A stretch of 15,463 nt of DNA, taken from Bdellovibrionota bacterium. GTDB lineage: Bacteria > Bdellovibrionota > UBA1018 > UBA923. Under the pieces are notes generated by a model. It was not told the DNA's origin and ran no database searches. It saw only the letters and a program-made list of their open reading frames with translations. The stretch covers positions 1-15,463 of the forward strand of contig JBFMCE010000092.1 in the NCBI GenBank assembly GCA_040754655.1, written 5' to 3'. Both the position numbers and the translations under genes were made by a program. Numbering within the stretch: position 1 is the stretch's first letter; each line of letters begins with the position of its first letter. Below are positions 7,625 through 15,463 of this stretch, in pieces.

Positions 7625-8254
7625 ATGAGTCGCGCTCTTATGCGGTGTCGATATTGGTTAGCGCTTATCTTTGCGTACCTGGTCTTTGCACCGGTTGCCA
7701 GCGCCAATCCTGTGGTTACTGCGATATCAGCAGACGAGTCTCAAGAGTTTCGATCTTTTATCACCGAATCAGGACAAAGGTTAATCGATCCTAACGATAA
7801 TACCTATCGTGGATTCTACGATGCAATTGTTGCTTTGGCCCAAAAACTTGTCATCAAAGAAGATGGCTCAAAGCCAATCAAAATCGTGCTCTTCAATAAC
7901 CTTAGACACAACGCCATGTTCGTTCAGTTAGAAAATGGCGATCGTGTGCTTGGTTTGAATATCGGGCTTTTGCGATTTATGGAGAGTGACGACGAAATTG
8001 CGTTCGCCATTGGTCATGAGCTTGAGCACGGCATTTCAAAAATACAAGACTATATCAAACGTCTTGATACCTCAAACCGAGGAATAGACCAATTGCAAGT
8101 ACTGGGTCTTCAAAGAGCGGTCGAAAATGAGGTCGACGTGCAATCTGTTTTGAGAAGGGTGCATGCCAGCGGGTTCACCCTCATGGGGCCATTCATTACT
8201 TTGACAGAGTTATTGAGGTCTACAGCGATTCCATCTCGCACTCGCATTCAATGA
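7625..8254 (+). CDS. Signal peptide + M48-family zinc metallopeptidase domain (5' part of a frameshifted 7625..12855 gene)
   Basis: Signal peptide ending VASA|N; NAMF; IGLLRFMESDDEIAFAIGHELEHG (HExxH at 8015-8029); ENEVD third-ligand motif (8123-8137). The M48 pattern continues in the -1 frame from about 8176. Confidence 0.85.
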   Translation: MSRALMRCRYWLALIFAYLVFAPVASANPVVTAISADESQEFRSFITESGQRLIDPNDNTYRGFYDAIVALAQKLVIKEDGSKPIKIVLFNNLRHNAMFVQLENGDRVLGLNIGLLRFMESDDEIAFAIGHELEHGISKIQDYIKRLDTSNRGIDQLQVLGLQRAVENEVDVQSVLRRVHASGFTLMGPFITLTELLRSTAIPSRTRIQ

Positions 8255-11200
8255 CTTCTTCCAGAAAAGATAGCGTTTCATTGGCGCTTACCGGACTAAG
8301 AAGAGGTAAGGGTGAAATCGTTAAGGCCGATTCACCTGACCAGTTTGAAAAAAAGCTGATACGGCTCGCTCATGCGAAACTCAGATCGCAGCAATTCAAA
8401 GAAGAGCAACTGAGACGGGTTGAGCAGTTTCTGATTAGTTTTGAAACGCCTTTTCAGCAAACACTGGAAAAAATCAAGTCTGGTGAATTCACTTCCGAAC
8501 ATGAACACATGCTCAACGGACTTCACGAAAAGATCTTTGATAAGACAGTGCGTAAAGCTGAAGAGCTGACACATGGTTTGATCTCAATAGAGGAAAGATT
8601 AGAGTATGAGCTTCGAGTTCACGATAGAATCTTTAAAGCTTTAGAGGCCGCTCGAAAAAGAGTCTTCGGGAACAAACTCAGTTCTCTTTCGCCTGAACAA
8701 GGCGAATTACTGCGATCCCTTTACACCTCAGATTTACCGCTTTCGATCACTGCCCGGTTTGCTCAAATAGGAGATCGATACGAAGACATTATAGATTCGC
8801 ACAAGCGCTTTAGAGAAGAAGAAAACTCTTACCGAAAAAAAGAATTGTCCGTCAGATGGGCTCGTTCAAATGAAGAAAAGCTTTCATTAGAAGCGGAACT
8901 AAAAGAAACAAAAACAAAGTTTTTGCAGGCAAAAAGAGCTTTTGAACTAGAGCTTCACATCTATGATCCTTCAGTTCTGCCACTGCTAGACCGGTATCAC
9001 GCTCTCAACGCCGCAATTGATCAGGATGATCCCGAAAGCGACAAAAAATACAGTATTCTTCATAAAATGAGAGAAAAAATTCGAAGCAAAAGAAGGCTTT
9101 TGGGTAAAGTCGATGCGAAGAAAAAGGCTATCAATAAAGCTATATTACGGCATAGCTTTGAGTCTCTATTGGCAAGCTCTTCAAGTCTTTATGCATTCAC
9201 GAGGGCTTTGGGAAAAATACTGGATTTAGATCCAGAACTCATCAATAAGAATGCCGTACGGATCTTAGAGGCTTATCCAATGGTAGCCGCGCGAGAACTG
9301 GCGAAAGCTGATCTTAAAAAAGATTCCTTTAAAATAGGGACGCTTGCTCAGGAATGGCTGTCTTACAATAGTCCGACAACACTTCATATTCTTGCTGAAG
9401 CAAGAAAACAAAACCCAGATAAAGTTAAAAAAATCATAGGCCAGTACGTCGATGTGTTGATCGAGCATGCTCCTGATGCCAAATCGTTAGGGCTTGTTTT
9501 TCATCAAGTGGGTGCTCCTGAACGAGCGGAGGGAGATCCATTCTTCATTCACGGGGATGGAAGAGTTGGAATAGCTTATAGCCAAGAATTGGCTGAAGAC
9601 GTTTTTGATGAGAGACGCACATCGAAGCTGATGAAAAAACTTGAAGCATTAGCCATTGCAGATCTGAGTAGTCTCGCTCGTGGCGAACGCAATGATGCTG
9701 CATTTAAGATGCTTTCTGATGTCGTTGAAAGCTATGCACGGAAGATTAGGGGTCTTAAGTCTGCTGGATTCATTTCAAAAAAAATAGAGGCAGACCTAGA
9801 TCTCAATCGCTCTATCGCGAAGATTTTCAACGAAGGAGTAGAGGCCGTCAAACGGATGGGAAAACAAACCATCAACAATAGCCAGGCTAGAGCCTTGTTG
9901 CTCGCAAGGGTTCCGGAATTCAGAGTTTTTTTTGATCCCTACAGAACTGTTTCAAATGATGAAATCGTGAAGACCATACGCGAAGTTGCGAGAATTCCAG
10001 AGAGTCGCACCCTATTTAAAGGGTTTGTTAGTTATTACGACGCCCCCACATTTTTTGACGATATCGAGAATCAGTCTGGTAAGGCAATTTTTTTTGAGTT
10101 TATTCATGAAGCAGACAGTGTTTTGGAATTTGATACTTTGTATGTTCATGATCGAGCTTCCGCGATTCATGAGAAGCATGACTTCTTCACCTTAGGCAAA
10201 CAATACTCTGACTGGGCGTCTCGGAACCGCCTAGACAATGCAAAAATGAGTTTCAATGTTTTGAATCCGGCCATTAGAGATCTTGATGATAGGGATCTTC
10301 CGAAGGCAAAAACATTTGAACAAGATGCCCATGATCTTTTTGAAGACCGTTTCAATTATTGGTTAAAAAAGTTCTCAAGACAGCCTTACCAAGAACGCAT
10401 CGAAAACACGTGGTACCATCTTTTGAAAGAAGTGACCTGGAGTAAGCAAGGAAACGGTGCAGACATCGCTGTTCTTGAATCTGCAATAGAACGAAGAACT
10501 CCCCAAGGGGCTCGAGAAAGACTTGCCTTCTTTAACGGTCATGTACGCGCCATGGAAAGGTTGGCAGAGGAAAAGGGCGGGAAGATTTCGTATTGGTCAA
10601 AAAGAGAGGTAGATGCCGTTTCGGTTAGGAGTGTGATCAGGTCTGATCAAATATCTGACATATCAGATGCAAGCCTACTCATCGACACACATGAGAATTT
10701 AATGAAGGTAGAGTCTTCTTCTCCTCTCACAGACCGGTTGTTTGAAGAGATTTGGAAACATCGGAATGTCAAAGAGGTCAAAGAGATTTTGCTTGATCCA
10801 AAGTTCGTCGGACGACTCTACTACGATGAAAATCGAAAGCTCTTGGCGTTGTGGCAGCTGGAAGAGAAATTTGATCTTGCCGCTCGCGGCAAAGCTCTGC
10901 GTTCGGGGCGAATGAACTCTCCGCGTAACGGAATCATTCGCAAAAGCACCGAGCGTGTCAAAGAATACATCGACGCTCAATTTCCAGAGAAGAGTGGATT
11001 AAAGAACCAAATGATCGATTACGTAGAAAAGACGATACTCACGAACAGCTCAGAAACTCAGATTCTTTCAACCTCTAAGCTCACGACAGACAATTGGTAC
11101 GAGAGCCGCAGGCTCGCAGCAGTAGACCTTCCACAAGTGGTGAACAAAGAATTAAATGACTACCAACGCGTAAAGTGGGTGCAATATTTGATCGGTGCGT

Positions 11201-12855
11201 CCGAAGAGATCCCACAATTTCAGGTTCCATTTGATCTAGAACGCAAATACGCAAGTAAGGAAGAACTCGCCATGGCCGCGCGCCGTAGTTTTCATGAGGC
11301 TGATATCTTTACCCGAACCTATTCGCTTCAACCGCTCTTAGATGAAAAGCACGGTCTGCTCTCTAACCCAGTGCTGAGCGAACGCATTTTCGACACCATT
11401 CTCGGAGGACACGCGAACGATAAACTTTATCGCAAGGCATTTTTCGCTTACATGAACGCGCTCGATCCGACTGAAAAGAAAGCGGTGCTGGGATACATCC
11501 TTGGTTCGATGGCAGAGGGTTCAAAAAAGGGAGCGTCGGTTAAGACCGTTCTTGAAGCAATGGGAGTGTTTGGAATCAAGGCAGGCCAGTTTCTAAGAAC
11601 AAGTGGGCTCGTCAGCGAGAAACTTAAGGCCGAGCTCGATCACTTTTTTGACAAAGCCCTAGAACCTAACCGACAAGAAATTGACCAAAGACTGAAAGAA
11701 GTTTTTGGAGAGAACCTAGGGCCTGTTCGTCGAGTGCGTGAGCTTTCGGGATCAGGCTCTGTAAACTATGTTGTTGTCGCAGATGTCTTTAGACCTGGCA
11801 CCGCCAAACCAAAAAGAGTCGTGATTCGTTTCCGGAGAGAAGGAATCGAGGGGCAGGTGTTCAACGAAAATGCCAATTGGACTCGTGCCATAACTACCCT
11901 TACGACGGATCAAGACTCCGATGTCAGAAAGATGGGTAGGGTCATTGAAGAAACAAGGGCGCATGCGATGGAAACCTTGAAACCAGGGGGGATCGAGCTT
12001 GATTTAGAAATAGAGGTAAATGCTTACGGAGATGCGAGTGCTGCCTACGGGCGCCCGAAGCACGCGAAAACTCGTTTCCGCATTGAGGTGGCTAAGCCGC
12101 TTCCCGAGCTTCTAGAAGCTATTCCGGCAAAGTACAGGAAAACGGTTTCGATTTATGAGGCTGTAAATCACGTTCCTTTATCAGAAATAAAGTCAAGAAA
12201 GCTCAGAGCTCAAGCTGCCTCAGAAATTGTCGAGGCTGAGTTCGAAGCTCTTTTCAATAAAGGAGTTTTTGATCCCGACGGTCACCCCGGAAACTGGTTG
12301 ATCGATTTAGAAAATGGCCGATTGGTGAGGATCGATTATGCTCAGCTGAGAAAGCCGCCAACAAATGAGATCCAAGCTTTTAAAAAGATGTTGTCAGAGC
12401 TTCTCTATCCCGACTTAGAAAAAAGAAGTGGCGCTGTTGCCGCCCAATTTTCTGCACTGATAGACATTAGTGCAGAGGTTGGCGATATTACTCCGAGAAT
12501 AGCTAGAATCCTTAACGACCCAAAGATGCCGGACTTTCGAAATCCACACGAGAGGTTCTTCTTCATACGCGAACGACTCGAGGACTTGCTTCAAGCAGAA
12601 GGGTTTGAAAAGGCCGAAGTGCGCTTCAAAGACAGCGCGCGGGCGGCGCTGAGCTCACTTGCGCGAACTCAAATTTATAGAGAGCACATGGGTGACTCGG
12701 CTTATGTAGATTTGCTTCTCGAAAAATTAGGCATCAGCCCAGTTCGATATAAGACTGCGATCTTCTCGAAGAGTTCTTTTAGATCTGTCTCGAACTTTAT
12801 TGGTCGATGCATTGGCAATACCGTTGGTAAACTAGAAGTATTTGGTAAAAAGTAG
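8251..12855 (+). CDS. Large helical protein with C-terminal ABC1/AarF/UbiB atypical kinase domain (3' part of the frameshifted gene)
   Basis: IKAGQ (KxGQ at 11578-11589), SGSGSV loop, VIRFRREGI, ELDLEIE, GVFDPDGHPGN (DGHPGN at 12277-12294) and IDYA follow the UbiB-family motif order. The frame is open upstream of the ATG back to about 8176. Confidence 0.85.
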   Translation: MTSSRKDSVSLALTGLRRGKGEIVKADSPDQFEKKLIRLAHAKLRSQQFKEEQLRRVEQFLISFETPFQQTLEKIKSGEFTSEHEHMLNGLHEKIFDKTVRKAEELTHGLISIEERLEYELRVHDRIFKALEAARKRVFGNKLSSLSPEQGELLRSLYTSDLPLSITARFAQIGDRYEDIIDSHKRFREEENSYRKKELSVRWARSNEEKLSLEAELKETKTKFLQAKRAFELELHIYDPSVLPLLDRYHALNAAIDQDDPESDKKYSILHKMREKIRSKRRLLGKVDAKKKAINKAILRHSFESLLASSSSLYAFTRALGKILDLDPELINKNAVRILEAYPMVAARELAKADLKKDSFKIGTLAQEWLSYNSPTTLHILAEARKQNPDKVKKIIGQYVDVLIEHAPDAKSLGLVFHQVGAPERAEGDPFFIHGDGRVGIAYSQELAEDVFDERRTSKLMKKLEALAIADLSSLARGERNDAAFKMLSDVVESYARKIRGLKSAGFISKKIEADLDLNRSIAKIFNEGVEAVKRMGKQTINNSQARALLLARVPEFRVFFDPYRTVSNDEIVKTIREVARIPESRTLFKGFVSYYDAPTFFDDIENQSGKAIFFEFIHEADSVLEFDTLYVHDRASAIHEKHDFFTLGKQYSDWASRNRLDNAKMSFNVLNPAIRDLDDRDLPKAKTFEQDAHDLFEDRFNYWLKKFSRQPYQERIENTWYHLLKEVTWSKQGNGADIAVLESAIERRTPQGARERLAFFNGHVRAMERLAEEKGGKISYWSKREVDAVSVRSVIRSDQISDISDASLLIDTHENLMKVESSSPLTDRLFEEIWKHRNVKEVKEILLDPKFVGRLYYDENRKLLALWQLEEKFDLAARGKALRSGRMNSPRNGIIRKSTERVKEYIDAQFPEKSGLKNQMIDYVEKTILTNSSETQILSTSKLTTDNWYESRRLAAVDLPQVVNKELNDYQRVKWVQYLIGASEEIPQFQVPFDLERKYASKEELAMAARRSFHEADIFTRTYSLQPLLDEKHGLLSNPVLSERIFDTILGGHANDKLYRKAFFAYMNALDPTEKKAVLGYILGSMAEGSKKGASVKTVLEAMGVFGIKAGQFLRTSGLVSEKLKAELDHFFDKALEPNRQEIDQRLKEVFGENLGPVRRVRELSGSGSVNYVVVADVFRPGTAKPKRVVIRFRREGIEGQVFNENANWTRAITTLTTDQDSDVRKMGRVIEETRAHAMETLKPGGIELDLEIEVNAYGDASAAYGRPKHAKTRFRIEVAKPLPELLEAIPAKYRKTVSIYEAVNHVPLSEIKSRKLRAQAASEIVEAEFEALFNKGVFDPDGHPGNWLIDLENGRLVRIDYAQLRKPPTNEIQAFKKMLSELLYPDLEKRSGAVAAQFSALIDISAEVGDITPRIARILNDPKMPDFRNPHERFFFIRERLEDLLQAEGFEKAEVRFKDSARAALSSLARTQIYREHMGDSAYVDLLLEKLGISPVRYKTAIFSKSSFRSVSNFIGRCIGNTVGKLEVFGKK

Positions 12856-12896
12856 GGTTTCTCCACCCAATGCATTTCTAAACGGCATTTTATGGG

Positions 12897-13667
12897 TCAC
12901 GTTTTTTGCCGCTGAGTTATAGCTACCCTAGCCTCTGCAAGCCCCATCTCTGGCGACCGCAGCGCTTCTTCCATACGCTTTCGAACTTCTGCCATCAGCT
13001 TTGGCATGTCTTCAAGCGTCATTCCAGCAGTTGGAATCGGTTCAAGCACTTTCATTACAACGTCGCCCTTATAAATCTTCTTCTTCTTCCAATCAAAATA
13101 CGACAAGAGATGCTGGTGCACGATCGGTACAACAGGTACGCCGGCGCCAATGGCCATGTAAAACGCCCCTTTTTTAAAGGGCTTCATTTCAAGTGCGCCA
13201 CGATTTCGGGTGCCTTCAGGAAAGAGCATGACCGAGACTCCTCGCTCTTTGATCGCGCGTGTAGCGACATCAAGTCCTGAAAACGAACTCTTTCGACTCG
13301 CGCGATCAATCAAGATATTGCCCGAGCCGACGAAGAAGAACCCAAAAAGCGGAATCCAACGCAGCTCTTTCTTTCCGATGATCACAGTGCGGTACGGAAA
13401 GAAAGCCGACATTGTAATGATATCCAAGTTGCTTTGATGATTGAGAACGTAAATGCAAGGTTGATTGATATAGAGTCTGGTTCGATTTTCGACCCGTACT
13501 CGATATCCCATGATCGGATGCGCCGCCCAAATCACAATGCGCGCGAACACCGCCCCAAGACTTGGGTTTTTCCATTGAAAAGGGGCGAGCAAGATCCCGA
13601 TGCAACACGCAATGAAAAACCAGGTCCATGCTCCGAAGAAACGCAAATAGAACTCGATGCGATGCAT
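12897..13667 (-). CDS. plsC: 1-acyl-sn-glycerol-3-phosphate acyltransferase
   Basis: NHQSNLD (HxxxxD), IDR, FPEGTRN, PFKKGAF and VPVVPI acyltransferase blocks. Confidence 0.95.
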   Translation of the reverse strand: MHRIEFYLRFFGAWTWFFIACCIGILLAPFQWKNPSLGAVFARIVIWAAHPIMGYRVRVENRTRLYINQPCIYVLNHQSNLDIITMSAFFPYRTVIIGKKELRWIPLFGFFFVGSGNILIDRASRKSSFSGLDVATRAIKERGVSVMLFPEGTRNRGALEMKPFKKGAFYMAIGAGVPVVPIVHQHLLSYFDWKKKKIYKGDVVMKVLEPIPTAGMTLEDMPKLMAEVRKRMEEALRSPEMGLAEARVAITQRQKT

Positions 13668-13710
13668 ATCATTTCGTTTTACTCGAGCTTAAGCGAACCA
13701 CAAGAAAAAG

Positions 13711-13739
13711 TTGACATCGCAGGGTGTCGTCGTTAAGAC
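13711..13739 (+). promoter_or_regulatory. Candidate sigma70 promoter of the BMC operon
   Basis: Consensus TTGACA, 17-nt spacer, TAAGAC; RBS AGAGGA precedes the GTG at 13782. Confidence 0.55.
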
Positions 13740-13781
13740 GCGCGCAGGGGACCTTTCAATTTATAAAAAGAGGAAGTTTGT

Positions 13782-14396
13782 GTGATCAAACTACGCACCT
13801 ATATCTTCATGGACAGCTTGCAGCCTCAGTTGGCGGAGTTCATGGGTACAACGGCTCAAGGGTTTTTACCCATTCCTGGCGATGCATCTTTGTTCGTAGA
13901 GACGGCACCTGGAATGGCTATCCATCGTGTGACTGACGTGGCGCTTAAGGCAACGCATGTGCGTTTGGGGATGCAGGTCGTAGAGCGTTCGTTTGGCTCT
14001 CTAGAAGTACATGCCGACGATCAGGGCGCGGTGCTTGAAGCAGGACAGGCGATTCTAAACGCGCTTGAACTCAAAGAGACACAAAGGCAAAAACCAAAAA
14101 TCGCCTGGAGTGAAACCATTCGCGCCATTGAGCCTGATCACGCGGTTATCATCAATAGACAGAAAAAAGGCAGCCAGCTGCTTCCAGGATACAGCATGTA
14201 CATTCTTGAAACTGAACCTGCGGGTTATATCTTGTACGCTGCGAATGAAGCAGAGAAAGCGGCCAATATCACACTTGTTGACGTGAGGCCTTTTGGAGCG
14301 TTTGGCAGGCTCACGTTGATGGGCAGAGAAGCTGAGATCGATGCTGCGGCCAAGGCTGCGAGAGCGTGCATCGAAAAGCTTGAGGGTGTGCAATAG
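13782..14396 (+). CDS. Bacterial microcompartment tandem-domain shell protein (BMC-T, permuted double-stacking CcmP/CsoS1D-like)
   Basis: [52 protein letters not shown] and GAFGRL. Confidence 0.93.
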   Translation: MIKLRTYIFMDSLQPQLAEFMGTTAQGFLPIPGDASLFVETAPGMAIHRVTDVALKATHVRLGMQVVERSFGSLEVHADDQGAVLEAGQAILNALELKETQRQKPKIAWSETIRAIEPDHAVIINRQKKGSQLLPGYSMYILETEPAGYILYAANEAEKAANITLVDVRPFGAFGRLTLMGREAEIDAAAKAARACIEKLEGVQ

Positions 14397-14444
14397 TTTT
14401 AGGAAAAGTTTTTTGAACGAAAGTTTTTGAGGAGGGATTCATAA

Positions 14445-14792
14445 ATGTCAGATGCACTAGGAATGATCGAAACCAAAGGTTTCGTGGGATTGGTTGAAGC
14501 TTCAGATGCGATGGTGAAAGCCGCGCGAGTAGAGCTTGTAGGGTATGAGAAGATTGGCGGTGGTTATGTGACCGCAATCGTGCGTGGCGATGTGGCTGCA
14601 GTGAAAGCTGCGACAGAAGCGGGTGCGCGCGCTGCTGAAAAAGTAGGCGAGCTCGTGAGTGTACATGTGATTCCACGGCCTCATGGCAATATCGACGCAG
14701 CTCTTCCTCTAGGACGTGCGGGTAAGACCGACAGCGCGGGTCGTCCTACCGGATTTGCAAATCCTACGACACACGCGCCGGTAACTCAGTAA
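14445..14792 (+). CDS. Bacterial microcompartment hexamer shell protein (BMC-H, EutM/PduA/CcmK-like) with C-terminal tail
   Basis: [26 protein letters not shown] and VHVIPRPH; strong RBS GAGGAGG. Confidence 0.97.
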   Translation: MSDALGMIETKGFVGLVEASDAMVKAARVELVGYEKIGGGYVTAIVRGDVAAVKAATEAGARAAEKVGELVSVHVIPRPHGNIDAALPLGRAGKTDSAGRPTGFANPTTHAPVTQ

Positions 14793-15079
14793 TGATCGTG
14801 GGCCGGGTGATCGGAACTGTTGTTTCGACGCGAAAAGATCCGAAACTAGAGGGGTTGAAACTTCTAGTTGTGCAGCAAACCGATCTTTCGGGGTCTGCAA
14901 AAGGCGGCCAAGTCGTGGCCATCGATTCCGTTGGTGCAGGCGTAGGCGAAGTTGTTCTGTGTGCTTCAGGTTCGAGTGCCAGACAGACAGAATCGACTCA
15001 GAACAGGCCTGTCGATACCGTGGTGATGGCGATCGTAGATTCGATTGAGGTCGGAAACGAAACGGTATTCCGTAAGTAA
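14792..15079 (+). CDS. Bacterial microcompartment pentamer vertex protein (BMC-P, EutN/CcmL family)
   Basis: [28 protein letters not shown] and PVD.VVMAIVD; coupled to BMC-H by a TAATG overlap. Confidence 0.96.
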   Translation: MIVGRVIGTVVSTRKDPKLEGLKLLVVQQTDLSGSAKGGQVVAIDSVGAGVGEVVLCASGSSARQTESTQNRPVDTVVMAIVDSIEVGNETVFRK

Positions 15080-15099
15080 GTAGGGAGCGGTTTTAAACC

Positions 15100-15463
15100 A
15101 TGCTTGAAGGACAGTCTGGGCGAATCCAAAGTTACGATATCCAGATGATCGTCGATCGAGTGGTTGAACGACTCAAGAGTGGGGGGCAGTCTTCTACCGC
15201 ACAAACGCGGCCAACTTCGTTGGGTCTAGGCGTAGTTTCAACGAGGAACCATGGCCTCGGAATATTCTCGACGATTCGTGAAGCGGTGGGCGCAGCTCAT
15301 GAAGCGCAAAAACGCTTCGCTGCGCTGCCGCTTTCACAAAGAAGAAAAATCATCGAGGCTGTTCGGGAGCTCATGCGAAAGCATGTCGAGGAACTCTCAA
15401 TTCTTGCTGTTGAAGAAACGGGCTTGGGAAGGATTGAAGACAAACGCTCAAAAAACTTGCTTG
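15100..15463 (+). CDS. BMC-associated acylating aldehyde dehydrogenase (EutE/PduP family), runs off the window end
   Basis: Absent from the ORF track because it has no stop. Manual translation from ATG 15100: MLEGQSGRIQSYDIQMIVDRVVERLK...GIFSTIREAVGAAHEAQ...RRKIIEAVR...AVEETGLGRIEDKRSKN, the characteristic EutE/PduP N-terminus. Confidence 0.92.
   Translation, partial: MLEGQSGRIQSYDIQMIVDRVVERLKSGGQSSTAQTRPTSLGLGVVSTRNHGLGIFSTIREAVGAAHEAQKRFAALPLSQRRKIIEAVRELMRKHVEELSILAVEETGLGRIEDKRSKNLL

Noticed and set aside
7323..7625. 100-aa ORF abutting the giant gene start
   Set aside because: No RBS or recognisable motif; the region looks like divergent promoter sequence and the next ORF starts with its own signal peptide.
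12856..12896. Bidirectional terminator between the giant gene and plsC
   Set aside because: Only a weak 4-bp stem (GGGT...ACCC) and no convincing U-tracts.
14405..14430. Short tandem AAAGTTTTT(T)GA duplication before the BMC-H RBS
   Set aside because: Low complexity, two copies only, no supportable function.
291..15204. Numerous short antisense or alternate-frame ORFs in the track (e.g. 291..698, 2368..2769, 12906..13280, 14055..14393, 14311..14676)
   Set aside because: They overlap well-supported genes and carry no recognisable motifs; treated as shadow ORFs.
13782..15463. Naming the BMC genes eut, pdu or ccm
   Set aside because: No signature enzyme or RuBisCO lies in the window, so the pathway cannot be assigned.

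Overview
Bacterial window with an accessory left half and core-like right half, joined at a tRNA-Asn(GTT) gene (7191-7265, minus strand). Left: an AT-rich leader and a secreted hypothetical protein, then a DsbA/GST-kappa (HCCA isomerase-like) gene truncated by a ~3.0 kb IS21-family element (1548-4546). The element has a Cys-rich accessory ORF, istA, and istB broken by an in-frame TAG, and it shows no target-site duplication. Next is a minus-strand operon of an excisionase-like HTH, a Dam-family methyltransferase and a NotI-family endonuclease, followed by att-arm-like repeats beside the tRNA 3' end. Right: two ORFs (7625-8254, 8251-12855) that read as one frameshifted ~1743-aa exported protein fusing an N-terminal M48 zinc peptidase to a C-terminal ABC1/UbiB atypical kinase; then plsC; then the start of a bacterial microcompartment operon (BMC-T, BMC-H, BMC-P, aldehyde dehydrogenase with encapsulation peptide) resembling the Haliangium ochraceum (HO) type. 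The best novelty candidates are the peptidase-kinase giant and the HO-like microcompartment. All calls come from motif recognition by eye; no searches were run. Several reading-frame lesions could be real decay or assembly error.
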